From Escherichia coli (GTDB lineage Bacteria > Pseudomonadota > Gammaproteobacteria > Enterobacterales > Enterobacteriaceae), in the NCBI RefSeq assembly GCF_003790525.1, contig NZ_CP033635.1: 64,000 nucleotides of DNA, one strand, 5' to 3'. Below, piece by piece: positions 63,020 through 64,000 of this stretch. A program made the position numbers and the translations under genes. The notes beneath the pieces are model-generated. The model searched no databases and was not told the DNA's origin. It saw nothing but the letters and a program-made list of their open reading frames with translations. Position 1 is the stretch's first letter. Every line of letters begins with the position of its first letter.

Positions 63020-63411
63020 AACATACTGAACTCCGTGCAGCCGTACTGGATGCACTGGAGAAGCATGACACCGGGGCGACGCTTTTTGATGGTCGCCCCG
63101 CTGTTTTTGATGAGGCGGATTTTCCGGCAATTGCCGTTTATCTCACCGGCGCTGAATACACGGGCGAAGAGCTGGACAGCGATACCTGGCAGGCAGAGCT
63201 GCATATTGAAGTTTTCCTGCCTGCTCAGGTGCCGGATTCAGAGCTGGATTCGTGGATGGAGTCCCGGATTTATCCGGTGATGAGTGATATCCCGGCACTG
63301 TCAGATTTGATCACCAGTATGGTGGCCAGCGGCTATGACTACCGGCGCGACGATGATGCGGGCCTGTGGAGTTCAGCCGATCTGACTTATGTCATTACCT
63401 ATGAAATGTGA
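63016..63411 (+). CDS. U: tail terminator protein U
   Basis: 131 aa, [37 protein letters not shown] matches lambda gpU. Confidence 0.9.
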   Translation: MKHTELRAAVLDALEKHDTGATLFDGRPAVFDEADFPAIAVYLTGAEYTGEELDSDTWQAELHIEVFLPAQVPDSELDSWMESRIYPVMSDIPALSDLITSMVASGYDYRRDDDAGLWSSADLTYVITYEM

Positions 63412-63418
63412 GGACGCT

Positions 63419-64000
63419 ATGCCTGTACCAAATCCTGTAATGCCGGTGAAAGGTGCCGGGACCACACTGTGGGTTTATAAGGGGAACGGTGACCCTTATG
63501 CGAATCCGCTTTCAGACGTTGACTGGTCGCGTCTGGCTAAAGTTAAAGACCTGACGCCCGGCGAACTGACCGCTGAGTCCTATGACGACAGTTATCTCGA
63601 TGATGAAGATGCGGACTGGGCCGCGACCGGACAGGGGCAGAAATCCGCCGGAGATACCAGCTTCACGCTGGCGTGGATGCCCGGAGAGCAGGGGCAGCAG
63701 GCGCTGCTGGCGTGGTTTAATGAAGGTGATACCCGTGCCTATAAAATCCGCTTCCCGAACGGCACGGTCGATGTGTTCCGCGGCTGGGTCAGCAGCATCG
63801 GTAAGGCGGTGACGGCGAAAGAAGTGATCACCCGCACGGTGAAAGTCACTAACGTGGGTAAACCTTCTGTAGCGGAAGAACGCAGCAAAATTACGCCGGT
63901 CAGTGCGATTAAGGTGACGCCGACATCCGGTACGGTGGCAAAAGGGAAAACAACCACCCTGACGGTTTCTTTTGAGCCGGAAAGTGCAACCGACAAGACG
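63419..64000 (+). CDS. V: major tail protein V, 3'-partial (runs off window)
   Basis: frame from ATG 63419 reads [57 protein letters not shown]..., lambda gpV-like; no stop before window end. Confidence 0.85.
   Translation, partial: MPVPNPVMPVKGAGTTLWVYKGNGDPYANPLSDVDWSRLAKVKDLTPGELTAESYDDSYLDDEDADWAATGQGQKSAGDTSFTLAWMPGEQGQQALLAWFNEGDTRAYKIRFPNGTVDVFRGWVSSIGKAVTAKEVITRTVKVTNVGKPSVAEERSKITPVSAIKVTPTSGTVAKGKTTTLTVSFEPESATDKT

Noticed and set aside
63582-63996. ORFs of 76 aa (+) and 85 aa (-) near the window end
   Set aside because: Alternate frame and antisense of the major tail gene V, whose own frame is open from 63419 to the window edge

Overview
Enterobacterial chromosome (Escherichia coli / Shigella-like gene order) carrying two horizontally acquired insertions. 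Core backbone, left to right: narH (5' partial)-narJ-narI, tyrT/tyrV tRNA-Tyr operon with its distal repeat, purU, ychJ, rssA, rssB, galU, hns, tdk, adhE, ychE, oppABCDF, yciU, cls, kch, then yciI, tonB, yciA, yciB, yciC, ompW. Insertion 1 (about 23.9-28.8 kb, between kch and yciI) is a decayed islet: a P4-type integrase N-terminal fragment cut by a compact IS3-family element, a tail-fibre C-terminal fragment, a DinI-like gene, a visibly AT-rich gene for a sulfatase/LTA-synthase-like membrane protein, and a truncated SRAP (MCGRF) gene. Insertion 2 (33.0 kb to the window end) is a lambdoid prophage integrated directly after ompW: int/xis, large exonuclease, Rha, a DicF-like sRNA, a Rac/Qin-like immunity and replication region with palindromic operators, three Ea22-like paralogs, ParDE, DUF968, RusA, Q, tR', tRNA genes, a pinholin/SAR-endolysin/Rz/Rz1 lysis cassette, a lambda-like cos site, and lambda-like head and tail genes Nu1-A-W-B-C-D-E-FI-FII-Z-U-V (V runs off the window). 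No Shiga toxin genes follow the tRNAs, and no CRISPR array or recognisable multi-gene defence system is present. The most interesting candidates are small accessory (moron) genes in the prophage late region: a lipoprotein made essentially of a TonB C-terminal domain, two membrane proteins in cargo slots, and an antisense module inside the lysis cassette bracketed by 11-bp direct repeats. All calls rest on reading the supplied ORF translations and the DNA by eye; no database search was run.
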